Assembly (NCBI GenBank): GCA_035629935.1
Contig: DASQLQ010000175.1
Location: forward strand, 3,606 to 67,605
Direction of reading: 5' to 3'
DNA length: 64,000 bases
DNA from: Actinomycetota bacterium
GTDB taxonomy: Bacteria > Actinomycetota > CADDZG01 > WHSQ01
The translations under genes and the position numbers were made by a program. Below, piece after piece: positions 9,129 through 18,792 of this stretch. Under the pieces are notes generated by a model. That model did not search any database and was not told the origin of the DNA. It was given only the letters and a program-made list of their open reading frames with translations. The first letter of the stretch is position 1. The number at the start of each line of letters is the position of its first letter.

Positions 9129-10790
9129 ATGCTGGCACGCAGAGCCGTCGCACTGGTAGTGGTGATGATGCTCGGCGCCGGGGCCTGGTTCCTGACCCGC
9201 GCTGACGAGCCTCCCCCGGCTACACGGCTGTCGACCTCGGATCGCACGTTCGCTTCGACCGATCCTCTCGAGCGAGCTTGCGCCCTCGACGAGGAATACC
9301 TGGTGCGCCTATGGAGAGGTCACCACCCCGTGCACTCGGAAGACATCACGACCGTGCCTCAGGAACCTAACTACTCGGGGTCGTTCGGGGTCACGAGTCA
9401 TTCGGGACCGTGGGACTACGTACAGACGATCCCGCTGGTGTTCTATGGCCCCAACCACATCACCCAGCAGTCTGCGCCACTGAAGAACGTCACGGCGAGC
9501 ATCACCGACGTCTACGCGACCGTCGGTGACCTCGTCGGCGTCGATCTACCCGCCAGAGACGGGGAGGTACTCGACGTCTCTGCAGGACCTCCCCCACCGA
9601 AGCTGATCGTCACGGTCGTATGGGACGGGGTGGGACGGAACGTTCTGGAACGTCACCCCGACGCGTGGCCGAATCTCGCGCGCATGGAGAAGGAAGGGAC
9701 CTCGTTCCTCGACGCCACCGTTGGTTCGTCTCCATCCATAACCCCCGCGACGCATTCCAGCCTGGGCACCGGCTCCTTCCCGCGGGAGCACGGCGTGACC
9801 GCGATCGAGTTTCGCACCGAGGAGGGCGATGTCCGGAGTGCCTTCGCTGGGAAGGACCCAAGTGACCTCGAGCTAACAACTTTCGGCGACGAGATCGACC
9901 TTGCCTTGAACAACGAGCCCCTCGTCGGGATGCTTGCGTGGAAGTCCTGGCATATGGGGATGTTGAGCCATGGTGTCCTGTCCCCGGGCGGTGACGCGGA
10001 CGAGATGACGCTGATCGATCCGCATGGTGGGCTCACCGGTAACGACGCCCTCTACACGACGCCGCTCCACTTAACGCGTTTGGAACCGAGGCTTGCCGAA
10101 CTCGCCGCCGAGCTCGACCAGGAGGACGGGAAGCTCGACGGCAACTCGATGGGTCACGACATCCTCGAGATGCACGACAACCCTGCATGGGTGGACTACC
10201 AGGGAGAGCTGCTCCTCCAGATGCTCGAGTCGGGTAGCTACGGGCAGGACGATGTGCCCGATCTGTTCATGACGAACTTCAAAGTCACAGACATCGTGTC
10301 GCACCAGTACTCGATGGACTCGGAAGAAGAGGCCATAGCTCTGCGAGCGCAGGACCGTGTGCTCGGCGAACTTGTCGACTATCTCGATGCCAACGTTCGC
10401 GACTACGTAGTGATCGTCACGGCGGACCACGGGAACACGCCGCCCCCCAAACGGACCGGAGCGTGGCCGATCCTCCAGGGTCAACTGCAGGAAGACGTCG
10501 ACGCCCATTTCGAGATCCCCGACGGCTCCTCCTTGATCGAGCAAACCACCGCCGTGGGTCCCTTCGTGAACCGCTCGACGATGAAAGAGTTGGGCGTGAG
10601 GCAGGCCGAGATCGCGGAGTTCCTCAACGGCTACACGATCGCCGACAACTGGAACGAAGAGGAGCTCCCGGCCGGCTACGAGAACCGGGGAGAAGAGAAC
10701 GTTTTCGCGGCCGCGTTCCCCAGCGACTGGATGGAACGTGTGAACCGATGCGCATTCGGGCAAGAAACACCAATTACCGAAGGCAATTAG
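9129..10790 (+). CDS. alkaline-phosphatase superfamily nucleotide pyrophosphatase/phosphodiesterase-like protein, membrane anchored or secreted
   Basis: 553 aa; N-terminal TM/signal; VVWDGVG...SSPSITPATHSSLGTG (nucleophile Thr region) and VTADHGN metal-site motifs. Confidence 0.7.
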   Translation: MLARRAVALVVVMMLGAGAWFLTRADEPPPATRLSTSDRTFASTDPLERACALDEEYLVRLWRGHHPVHSEDITTVPQEPNYSGSFGVTSHSGPWDYVQTIPLVFYGPNHITQQSAPLKNVTASITDVYATVGDLVGVDLPARDGEVLDVSAGPPPPKLIVTVVWDGVGRNVLERHPDAWPNLARMEKEGTSFLDATVGSSPSITPATHSSLGTGSFPREHGVTAIEFRTEEGDVRSAFAGKDPSDLELTTFGDEIDLALNNEPLVGMLAWKSWHMGMLSHGVLSPGGDADEMTLIDPHGGLTGNDALYTTPLHLTRLEPRLAELAAELDQEDGKLDGNSMGHDILEMHDNPAWVDYQGELLLQMLESGSYGQDDVPDLFMTNFKVTDIVSHQYSMDSEEEAIALRAQDRVLGELVDYLDANVRDYVVIVTADHGNTPPPKRTGAWPILQGQLQEDVDAHFEIPDGSSLIEQTTAVGPFVNRSTMKELGVRQAEIAEFLNGYTIADNWNEEELPAGYENRGEENVFAAAFPSDWMERVNRCAFGQETPITEGN

Positions 10791-10801
10791 GCTCGAAAAA
10801 G

Positions 10802-11818
10802 ATGAAAACAGGACTGGTTCTGGGCGGGGGCGGGCTCGTTGGGATGGGCTACCACGCCGGCGCGATCAAGGCACTAGACGAGTGGGGCGTTGATACGAGC
10901 CGGGCCGATCTCATCGTCGGGACCAGCGCAGGTTCCGTTATCGGGTCCTATCTCGCCGCCGGATGGAAGCCCTCCGATTTCTACGCTTACGCGCAAGGCG
11001 AACATCCGAAGGCTCGCCGGGGCGATCAAGACGCCGGCGTCCAGGCGATCTTCACTCCCCTGTGGTCGACACGCTCCGAGCGCGTCCGTCGCTCGATCGG
11101 ATCCTTCTTCGCGCTGGCTTCGTCCCGCGGGTATTGGAGACGCGCTACGAACGGGAGCACGCCCGGCGCGCCCCTACGACACACCTTCCCGGCCGGGATG
11201 TACTCGACTTCCGAAACGCGCCTGCGGCTTCATGAGGATCTTCCCGAAGAGTGGCCCGATCGTGACGTCTTCATCTGCGCGGTCGATCTCTATACGGGCG
11301 GGCGGATCCCCTTCGGTCACCCGGACGCGCCGACCGCTTCCTTCCCGGAGTCGGTCCTTGCATCCGTTGCGATCCCAGGCGTCTTCCCTCCGGTCAAGAT
11401 CGGCGACCGTCAATACGTCGACGGAGGAGCCTTCAGTGCGACCTCACTCGATCTCGCGGCCGATGCGGGCTGCGAGGCGATCATCTGCATCGCGCCACTG
11501 GGCTACAAGAGTGACTTGATAGTCGCCGCCCGCGACCCCAAGTTGTGGGGGCCGATGGCTTTGCGCGGCTTGTTCGCTCGGGCGCTTCGTCGCGAAGTCG
11601 TAGCAGCGCGAGAGCGCGGGATAGAGGTATTTGTCGTCAGGCCGTGGTTGACCGATCTGAAGACTCACGGAACGAACTCGATGCGTAACTTCGACACAGC
11701 GCAGTTCACAGACGAAGCTCGTGAATCCACCCTGAGGTTGTTAGAGGACAATGCAGATCATCCGGCTCTAAAAGCATTCGCAAAGAAGAGGGCTCGGACC
11801 ACAGAGAAGGCGGTTTGA
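10802..11818 (+). CDS. patatin-like phospholipase
   Basis: GGGGLVGMGYHAG oxyanion motif, GTSAGS nucleophile elbow, DGG catalytic Asp motif; ATG 10802. Confidence 0.85.
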   Translation: MKTGLVLGGGGLVGMGYHAGAIKALDEWGVDTSRADLIVGTSAGSVIGSYLAAGWKPSDFYAYAQGEHPKARRGDQDAGVQAIFTPLWSTRSERVRRSIGSFFALASSRGYWRRATNGSTPGAPLRHTFPAGMYSTSETRLRLHEDLPEEWPDRDVFICAVDLYTGGRIPFGHPDAPTASFPESVLASVAIPGVFPPVKIGDRQYVDGGAFSATSLDLAADAGCEAIICIAPLGYKSDLIVAARDPKLWGPMALRGLFARALRREVVAARERGIEVFVVRPWLTDLKTHGTNSMRNFDTAQFTDEARESTLRLLEDNADHPALKAFAKKRARTTEKAV

Positions 11819-13479
11819 TGGGATCAGCTTTGGACGGTCTGCGACAGGTTGCCGAATTCGCCAACCCGAGGAACCTCATGCGTCTAAGGGAGGCAGGAGC
11901 GGTCGACGCCAAGGGGCCGCTGGGCATCGCCGCGGCCTTCCCCTGGCTGATCGGTAGAGGCCCGTCGCTCGGGATCTTGAGCCAGATGCACGCGGTCGTT
12001 CTCGGCGACAAGCCCGCGATCCTCGACCGGAACGGAACGGAGAGCTGGAAGGAGCTCGACCGCAGAGCGAATCAGGTCGCTCGCGCTCTAAAACAAGAAG
12101 GCCTCCGCGGTAACGACCGCGTCGCTCTTTTGCTGCGCAACGGCCGGGAGATGATCGAGGTCGCGCTCGGCACGCAGAAACTCGGCATTGTCGCCTGTCC
12201 CCTGAACACATGGGCGAAGCCGAAGGAGCTCAAGAGCACCATCGAGTCGGCCGACCCCTCGTTGCTTTTCTACGACACGAAGCACGCGGAGCAGGTCGAG
12301 GAGTGCTCGCACCAGGGGATCACTCTCGTCTACGTGGGCTCGAAGGAAGGCGCCCTGCCCGATTCGATCTCGTATGAGGATTGGATCGGGGAGCAGAGCA
12401 CTCTTCCACCGCCGCCCTTCACGCGCGACCGCGGCTCGCCCAAGGTTGTCATCCACACCTCCGGCACCACGGGAACGCCCAAAGGAGCCGAAAGGAATGC
12501 ATCGGCCGCCGGCATCGGAACCCTTGCGAACCTGCTCGGTCGTGTCCCCTATCGACGGGACGACATCGTGTTCTGCCCGGCCCCCCTATTCCACTCGTTC
12601 GGCCTCGCTACTTTCACCTTCGCAAGCGCGTTGGGCTCAACGATGGTGCTCCCCGAGAAGTTCGATCCCGAAGAGTCTCTGAAGTTGATCGACGAGCACA
12701 AGGCAACGGCCGCTTCGTTCGTCCCCGTGATGATCAAACGGATCGTCTCGCTGGATGACGAGATCAAGAAGAAGTACGACCTGTCTTCTCTTCGGGTTGT
12801 TCTGGCCAGTGGCTCCGCCATGTCCCCGGAGTTGAGGAAAGCCGCGATGGAGCTGTTCGGCGACGTCCTCTACGACCTTTATGGCTCGACCGAGATCGGA
12901 TGGGCAACGATCGCCACGCCCGAAGACATGAAGTCCAAGCCGAAGACGGTGGGCAAGGTTGTGGACGGGATCGAGGTTGCCGTCTTCTCGGAGTCGGGGG
13001 ATCGACTCCCGGAAGGCGAAACCGGCGAGCTGTTCGTGAAGAGCAGCATCCTTTTCGAGGGTTACACCTCGGGCGAAACGAAGGATGAGCGCGACGGGTA
13101 CATGTCGATCGGCGACCTTGGTTATCTCGACGGTGATGGGCATCTGTTCATCGAGGGCCGGGCCGATGACATGGTCGTGGTCGGTGGAGAGAACGTCTAT
13201 CCGATCGAGATCGAGGAGCTCATCGAGTCCCTCGATGGCGTGGACGAAGCCGCCGTCCTGGGCGTGAAGGACGATGAGTACGGAGAGGTCCTCGCAGCTT
13301 TCGTTGTGGGATCCACGTCGGAGGACAAGGTGCAGAGCGCGTGCGAGAAGGACCTCGCTTCTTACAAGGTGCCTAAGCGGGTCGAGATCATCGACGAGCT
13401 GCCCCGCACCTCCACCGGCAAGGTCCTGAAGCGTGAGCTCATCGAGAGCCTCGAAAACGTGGAACCGCTAGAGACCTAG
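11818..13479 (+). CDS. AMP-dependent acyl-CoA synthetase/ligase
   Basis: TSGTTGTPKG AMP-binding motif, GYLDGDGHLFIEGR, SYKVPKRV; TGATG coupling to the patatin gene. Confidence 0.85.
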   Translation: MGSALDGLRQVAEFANPRNLMRLREAGAVDAKGPLGIAAAFPWLIGRGPSLGILSQMHAVVLGDKPAILDRNGTESWKELDRRANQVARALKQEGLRGNDRVALLLRNGREMIEVALGTQKLGIVACPLNTWAKPKELKSTIESADPSLLFYDTKHAEQVEECSHQGITLVYVGSKEGALPDSISYEDWIGEQSTLPPPPFTRDRGSPKVVIHTSGTTGTPKGAERNASAAGIGTLANLLGRVPYRRDDIVFCPAPLFHSFGLATFTFASALGSTMVLPEKFDPEESLKLIDEHKATAASFVPVMIKRIVSLDDEIKKKYDLSSLRVVLASGSAMSPELRKAAMELFGDVLYDLYGSTEIGWATIATPEDMKSKPKTVGKVVDGIEVAVFSESGDRLPEGETGELFVKSSILFEGYTSGETKDERDGYMSIGDLGYLDGDGHLFIEGRADDMVVVGGENVYPIEIEELIESLDGVDEAAVLGVKDDEYGEVLAAFVVGSTSEDKVQSACEKDLASYKVPKRVEIIDELPRTSTGKVLKRELIESLENVEPLET

Positions 13480-13512
13480 CCCGAACGCCGGCGGGCTCGA
13501 CCGTCGGCGCAG
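13480..13512. repeat. REP-like structured intergenic repeat, copy B
   Basis: TAG-CCCGAACGCC flank + CGCCGGCGG / GCTCGA / CCGTCGGCG immediately after the acyl-CoA synthetase stop. Confidence 0.7.
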
Positions 13513-13647
13513 AGCAACTTGGCAGCTAGGACAAATCGCCACAAATAGCATTCTGTGAGTCATTAACCACGTAATGTTGCCAAAACGACCCTTCGGCGAG
13601 TAGATTTCCCGGCGACGGCGACCCAGAATCATCCAAGGAGGACCCCC

Positions 13648-14904
13648 GTGGCGCGACGCATCCCCGTATTCATCGCGGCGATGACACTTCTGATGTCATT
13701 CGCCCCTGCAGCACCTGCAGCCGAGGCGGAAGCCAAGACAACGTTCGCTCTCGAGGGTGAAGCGCGCGCGTTGGAAGTCGCGCTCGGAGACCAGGGGATA
13801 ACGCTGGGCCTTGCCATGTCCCGCGCCGATTCCTCGCCTATGGCGATCGGCGTTGCGGCCGGTCAGTGCGCGGTGCTCGCCGACAACCCGGACCCCGACA
13901 ACTTGCCTTGCGCCGAGTCGACCACCGAGAAGTCTTCGACCGACGGGAACAAAGGTGAGGCCGGCGAAACCTGCGCGGCTCCATCCGTCCCCGAGCCACT
14001 GGGCAGCGTCCTCAACGTCGACATCGCCTGCGGGTCGAGCATCTCCGGCATCGTCGGTGGTGAGCTCCCCATCACGACCAACGAAGGCAAGGTTGCGGAC
14101 ATCTCGCTCGGCCTCGACCTAACCGCGCTCGTGCCTCAAGCCGAAGACGTCAAAGAGCAGCTCGTCGATCAGCTCCAGGAGATCATCCAGCAGGCTCCCG
14201 AGCAGGTCAGGAATGCCGTCGATCAGCTCCTCGACTCCGTCGACGAAGGCCAGGCGATCAAGATCGTCGCGGGCCCGGCGACGTCAAACGTCAGCGCCAA
14301 GGGTCCCGCTCTCTCCGTCAGATCGACCGCCGCGGGTGCTCGCATCGGTGTCGTCGGTATCCCCGATCTCGACACCGATGGGATCCCCATCCCGGGCAGC
14401 TCGAACGCCGTCGAAGACGGATTGATCATCATCGAGGTCGGCGCTGCCAGCGCTAGTGCAGAGGTGCTCAAAGCGGACGCTTCTTCGTCTTCAGAGGCAT
14501 CGGCTGCGATCGTCACCGTCAAGGTGCGTGACATCACCAAGCTCGAGCCCACCTATACCGAGATCCCAGTTGCACCGGGACAGACGGTCACGATTCTCCA
14601 AGGAACTCCAGCCGAATCGACGATCTCGGCGGCGGCAGCGACCACCAAGGAAACGAAAGGCTCAGCGGTTGCGGGCGCCGACGCGGTCAGGCTGCACCTG
14701 CTCAAGGGCGTGCAAGGCGGGCTCAAGGTCGGGCTCGGTCGTGCAACCGCCGCCGTCAACGCGAAGCAGGTCCAACCGCAACAGCAGGAACGTCCTCCCG
14801 TCGCCTTGCCGGCAACCGGTGGCACGGACCTGCGGTGGTTGGGTCTCATCTTGGTTGTCGGAGCCCTGGCAGCGCTGGCTCTCCGGCGGCGCTTCACCCA
14901 CTAG
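13648..14904 (+). CDS. LPXTG-anchored cell-surface protein (sortase substrate)
   Basis: 418 aa; GTG after AAGGAGG; signal peptide; C-terminal LPATG + hydrophobic helix + RRRF tail. Confidence 0.8.
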   Translation: MARRIPVFIAAMTLLMSFAPAAPAAEAEAKTTFALEGEARALEVALGDQGITLGLAMSRADSSPMAIGVAAGQCAVLADNPDPDNLPCAESTTEKSSTDGNKGEAGETCAAPSVPEPLGSVLNVDIACGSSISGIVGGELPITTNEGKVADISLGLDLTALVPQAEDVKEQLVDQLQEIIQQAPEQVRNAVDQLLDSVDEGQAIKIVAGPATSNVSAKGPALSVRSTAAGARIGVVGIPDLDTDGIPIPGSSNAVEDGLIIIEVGAASASAEVLKADASSSSEASAAIVTVKVRDITKLEPTYTEIPVAPGQTVTILQGTPAESTISAAAATTKETKGSAVAGADAVRLHLLKGVQGGLKVGLGRATAAVNAKQVQPQQQERPPVALPATGGTDLRWLGLILVVGALAALALRRRFTH

Positions 14905-14922
14905 AACCAACAAGGATCGCCT

Positions 14923-15546
14923 ATGCCGTTCCGCCGGCCATCACCTCGGCTGATCAGCCGCGTGCTCACGGGCGCGGCGATCGTCCTTGCCCTCGCGGGT
15001 ATCGGGGTCGTCGCTTATCCGTTCGCTACCGATCTCTGGGCGGCCCGGATCCAACGGGGCCTGGCCGGAGACCTGGCCGCCAAAGCCGTCGACTACGAAG
15101 CCGGCAGAGTGAAAGTCGGCGAGCCTTTGACGCAACTCGAGATCCCACGCCTGGGTGTCGACGTTGTTGTCGTTGAAGGAACGACTCTCTCCGCGCTGCA
15201 AGCAGGAGCAGGGCACTATCCGAAGACGCCTCTGCCCGGTGAGAAGGGGAACGTCGCCATCGCCGGTCACCGCACGACATACGGCAAACCGTTCAACCGG
15301 ATGGACGAGCTCCAAGAGGGCGACCGCGTGATCTTGACGACGCCGCTCGAACGGCACGTCTACGAGATCGAGGGCCAACCGCGCGTCGTCGAATTGGATG
15401 ACTGGTCCGTGATCAACCGTTATCCCAAGCGAGGTTCCTACCTGACCCTCACCTCTTGCCACCCCGAGGGAAGTGCCGACTATCGGATCGTGGTCCGAGC
15501 AAATCTGATCCAGTCCACCGATGTCGTTGCGGAGGCTGCTCGATGA
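14923..15546 (+). CDS. srtE: class E sortase
   Basis: 207 aa; N-terminal TM; active-site His (IAGHRTTYG), TLTSCHP Cys motif, conserved Arg (RIVVRA). Confidence 0.85.
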   Translation: MPFRRPSPRLISRVLTGAAIVLALAGIGVVAYPFATDLWAARIQRGLAGDLAAKAVDYEAGRVKVGEPLTQLEIPRLGVDVVVVEGTTLSALQAGAGHYPKTPLPGEKGNVAIAGHRTTYGKPFNRMDELQEGDRVILTTPLERHVYEIEGQPRVVELDDWSVINRYPKRGSYLTLTSCHPEGSADYRIVVRANLIQSTDVVAEAAR

Positions 15547-16595
15547 AGCTACGCGCACTTCTCATCGCTGCAGCGCTCCTTGTCGTCTTCGCTCCGCCGG
15601 CCGGTGCACAGCGCGGCGTGACCGTGCAACTCGACGGATTGCAGGATGGCGCAAGTGTCAGCGGCACATTGCCGCTTTCGGTCCATGCCTCTGCAACATC
15701 GGGGATCAGACGGCTCACGCTGACCGTTGATGGCGAGGTCGTCATCGACCAGTCGCCCAACGGCATCAAACAGAACGTCGATGCGTCCTTCGACTGGGAC
15801 ACGACTCGCTATGTGGGGTCGTCCGGTCTGGCGCGAAACAGGGAGTACTCGGTGCAGGTCCGCGCCGTCTCGCACAGTGGAGGCGAGGATCAACTGAGCG
15901 CGCTGGCCATCGTCAACAACCAGCCTGCCGTCCCCAGCGGATTGAGCACCAGCGTTGCCGGCCGCGACGTAACCATCGCCTGGGACGCTAATCCGGAGCC
16001 CGACATAACCGGATACCGCGTCGAGCGCTACTTCGGAAGTGACTATGTCGAGGCAGCAACTGTGACGGAGACGATCTTCACGGAGGCTCCCGGCTCCGGC
16101 CGCTTCTCCTACCGGGTGGTCGCGATCCGGCACAGCGACGCCTCTCCGGAAGGCATCGAGTCGGTGCCGACCGAGCAATTGACGATGACGGTTTCGGCCC
16201 CAGCCCCCGGGTCCGGCGCAGGGGGAGGCGGAACGGGGAAGTCGGGTGGCTCTTCCAAACGCGGAGGGAGTTACTCCACCAACGGGTCCGTCGGTGCGAC
16301 CGGCTTGCCGGGCGGCGCTGCGCTTCCGGGATCGCGTGGTCTCGGCGGCATCCCCGAGCTGCCGGCACCCGAGTGGGGCAGCTTCAAGAAACGTCTTCCG
16401 TACAAGCTCCCGAAAGGCGGAGTCCCGCTGCGCGCATCTGCCGTCAGCCGTTCCGGCGGGCCGCTGAGGATCATCCCGCCCGACGGCCTTCGATGGGTGG
16501 CCTTGGGGCTGCTGTTCCTTTGTATCGCCGGGTTCGCGCGGTTGATGGCCATCCGGATCACTCCTCCGTCCGAACCCGCGAAGATCGAGGCGTGA
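15543..16595 (+). CDS. secreted Ig-like/fibronectin type III domain protein with C-terminal TM anchor
   Basis: ATGA overlap with the sortase gene; signal peptide MKLRALLIAAALLVVFAPPAGA; FN3-like VTIAWDANPEPDITGYRVERY; Gly/Ser linker; C-terminal TM. Confidence 0.7.
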   Translation: MKLRALLIAAALLVVFAPPAGAQRGVTVQLDGLQDGASVSGTLPLSVHASATSGIRRLTLTVDGEVVIDQSPNGIKQNVDASFDWDTTRYVGSSGLARNREYSVQVRAVSHSGGEDQLSALAIVNNQPAVPSGLSTSVAGRDVTIAWDANPEPDITGYRVERYFGSDYVEAATVTETIFTEAPGSGRFSYRVVAIRHSDASPEGIESVPTEQLTMTVSAPAPGSGAGGGGTGKSGGSSKRGGSYSTNGSVGATGLPGGAALPGSRGLGGIPELPAPEWGSFKKRLPYKLPKGGVPLRASAVSRSGGPLRIIPPDGLRWVALGLLFLCIAGFARLMAIRITPPSEPAKIEA

Positions 16596-17080
16596 ATAAG
16601 TTCAAACCCGGCGACCACTTCCACGACCTCGAGAAGTGGGAGGAACGTCGACCCGAGGGGCCCCATATCTGGCGCACGCTCGGCTACAACAGAACACTCT
16701 GGGAGCCGGGACGTCAGGTGATCGAGTGGAAGGCAACCGAGGATTACTCGTTCCCCATCATGTCCGGACACATCGTCCACGGAGGGATGGTCTCGACGAT
16801 CCTCGACACGGCGATGGGTGGAGCGTGCTGGACGCTCTTGAACAACGATGAGGCATTCCTGACGTCCAACCTCAACGTCGAGTTCTTCCGGGCCACCCGC
16901 CCGGGCCTGCTACGTGCCGAAGGTCGCGTCGTAAGTCGAACGAAGCGCGCCATTTTCTGCGCCGCCGATCTATTCGATGAGGACGGCAAGCACACGGCCG
17001 GCGCCCGTTGCACACAGATCGTCCTCCCGTCCGAAACCGCGGGAAGACCCTGGCATGGTAAGGACGAGAAACCGGAATAA
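16592..17080 (+). CDS. PaaI/hotdog-fold thioesterase
   Basis: GTG start overlapping the upstream stop; HGGMVSTILDTAMG motif typical of PaaI-type thioesterases. Confidence 0.7.
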   Translation: MNKFKPGDHFHDLEKWEERRPEGPHIWRTLGYNRTLWEPGRQVIEWKATEDYSFPIMSGHIVHGGMVSTILDTAMGGACWTLLNNDEAFLTSNLNVEFFRATRPGLLRAEGRVVSRTKRAIFCAADLFDEDGKHTAGARCTQIVLPSETAGRPWHGKDEKPE

Positions 17081-17093
17081 GGGGCGGTCCGTC

Positions 17094-17122
17094 GAACGCC
17101 GGCGGTCTCGACCGGCGGCGAG
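17094..17122. repeat. REP-like structured intergenic repeat, copy C
   Basis: CGAACGCC flank + CGCCGGCGGT / CTCG / ACCGGCGGCG (1 mismatch), between the thioesterase and maoC genes. Confidence 0.65.
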
Positions 17123-17136
17123 AAAGAGAGGTAGAT

Positions 17137-17592
17137 ATGCCCACCGAAGTCAGCGTCGAAGAGCTCAAGAGCCTCAGTGGCGAGAAGGATCTCGGGACCA
17201 GTGACTGGCACCGCGTCGAGCAGAAGCACATCGACCTGTTCGCCGATGCAACCGGCGACCACCAGTGGATCCACGTGGATCAGGAGATGGCGAAGCAGGG
17301 ACCGTTCGGCCAGACCATCGCCCACGGTTACCTGTCTCTTTCACTGTTACCCATGTTGATGTCTCAAGTCATGTCGGTCACGGGCGCAAAGATGGGCATC
17401 AACTACGGCACCGACAAGGTGCGCTTCACGAACCCCGTTCCATCGGGATCGGACGTGAGACTCAAGGCCAAGCTCCTGTCCGCGCAACCGAAGGGCGACG
17501 GGCTTCTCTACAAGGTCGGCGTCGAGGTCGAGATCAAGGATCAGGAGAAGCCGGCGATGGTAGGCGAGGTTCTCTACCTGGTCTTTGCCTGA
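17137..17592 (+). CDS. MaoC-like (R)-specific enoyl-CoA hydratase/dehydratase
   Basis: 151 aa; DxNPIH-like motif (GDHQWIHVD), IAHGYL hotdog motif. Confidence 0.85.
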   Translation: MPTEVSVEELKSLSGEKDLGTSDWHRVEQKHIDLFADATGDHQWIHVDQEMAKQGPFGQTIAHGYLSLSLLPMLMSQVMSVTGAKMGINYGTDKVRFTNPVPSGSDVRLKAKLLSAQPKGDGLLYKVGVEVEIKDQEKPAMVGEVLYLVFA

Positions 17593-18754
17593 GGAGAACC
17601 CGCGTCCCGAAAGCCAGCGCCGCGCCGGCGCAGAGTACTGCCGGTAGTCCGTAGCCCACGCCGAACCCGTAACTGTTGGCGATCAGGCCCACCAGGTAGG
17701 TGCCGGCGCCACCTCCGATGTCGAAGAAAACCGTGAACGTTGCGAGAGCGGCTCCTCGTTCGTGATCGCCTACGCGATCAGCCGTGAGAGCGAGCAACGC
17801 CGGGAAGAGAACGGCGAACCCCGCGCTGTAAGCGGCAACCCCAAGATAAGCGGCCCAGGGAAACTGGAAAACGGCGAGAGTAGTCATCCCCACCGTCGCT
17901 CCGATGATGCCCGGCAGCGCAACGCTCACGCGCCCGTGTCGGTCTGCCCACCGGCGGCTCAACAAGCGGATCGCAAGGATCGTGAGCGAGAAAGTGATGT
18001 AAAGACCCGCTGAGGAGCTGAGCCCGATCGATCGCGCGTAGAGCGGCGAGAACGCAGTGATCGCCGTGTATCCGGTGGCCGCACACATGACCACGAGCCC
18101 GGGCCCCAACGCCGCACCGTGAAGTCCGAAGCGAGGATGCACAACATCCGCGTGGGGTGGGTGGGGAACCAATGTCTCGGGAAGCGAGAGAGTGATGGCG
18201 AACGCGACGACAGATAAGACGCTTGCCGTGACCCAAACGCTTCCGAACCCGATCTGCGTCGCGAGCCACTCCCCGAGTGCAGGCCCGGCCGCGAAACCGA
18301 TGTAGAGGAAAAGGCTGAACAACGTCACGGTCTCCGCGCGTCGTCCCGGTGGACTCATATCGGTGGCCATCGTGGCCGCGCCCGTATAGAAAGCGGCCCC
18401 CACTCCTCCACGAACGACGCTGAGAAGGACGATCGCCCAGACCGACCCGGCAGCGAAGTACAGCACCGACAACACCGCAGCCACCGATGTGGCCGCCAAC
18501 AGGGCCGGGCGTCGGCCGACTCGATCCAACGCGACCCCGATGAAAGGACGGGCGAGCACCGCAGCAGGGAAGAAGGCTGCCGTCGCCACCCCTACAACCG
18601 CTCGCGAACCTCCGAGAACGTCATGAACGTAAAGAGGGATCGCCGACATGAACATGCCCATCGCCACGAAGTGAAAGAGGGTCGCGGAGCAGAGGCGCGC
18701 CAGACGCGCTCGGTCCAGAGACTCTGAAGCACCGGCTCGGTTCGTCACGAGCAT
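17534..18754 (-). CDS. MFS transporter
   Basis: 406 aa; 12 predicted TMs; DRVGRRP loop motif; 3' end overlaps maoC by 59 nt (convergent). Confidence 0.8.
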   Translation of the reverse strand: MLVTNRAGASESLDRARLARLCSATLFHFVAMGMFMSAIPLYVHDVLGGSRAVVGVATAAFFPAAVLARPFIGVALDRVGRRPALLAATSVAAVLSVLYFAAGSVWAIVLLSVVRGGVGAAFYTGAATMATDMSPPGRRAETVTLFSLFLYIGFAAGPALGEWLATQIGFGSVWVTASVLSVVAFAITLSLPETLVPHPPHADVVHPRFGLHGAALGPGLVVMCAATGYTAITAFSPLYARSIGLSSSAGLYITFSLTILAIRLLSRRWADRHGRVSVALPGIIGATVGMTTLAVFQFPWAAYLGVAAYSAGFAVLFPALLALTADRVGDHERGAALATFTVFFDIGGGAGTYLVGLIANSYGFGVGYGLPAVLCAGAALAFGTRVLLRQRPGREPRLPSPASPDP

Positions 18755-18792
18755 TTGGTCCTATCATCCAGAGCCTCACGGCACAGGAGGCC

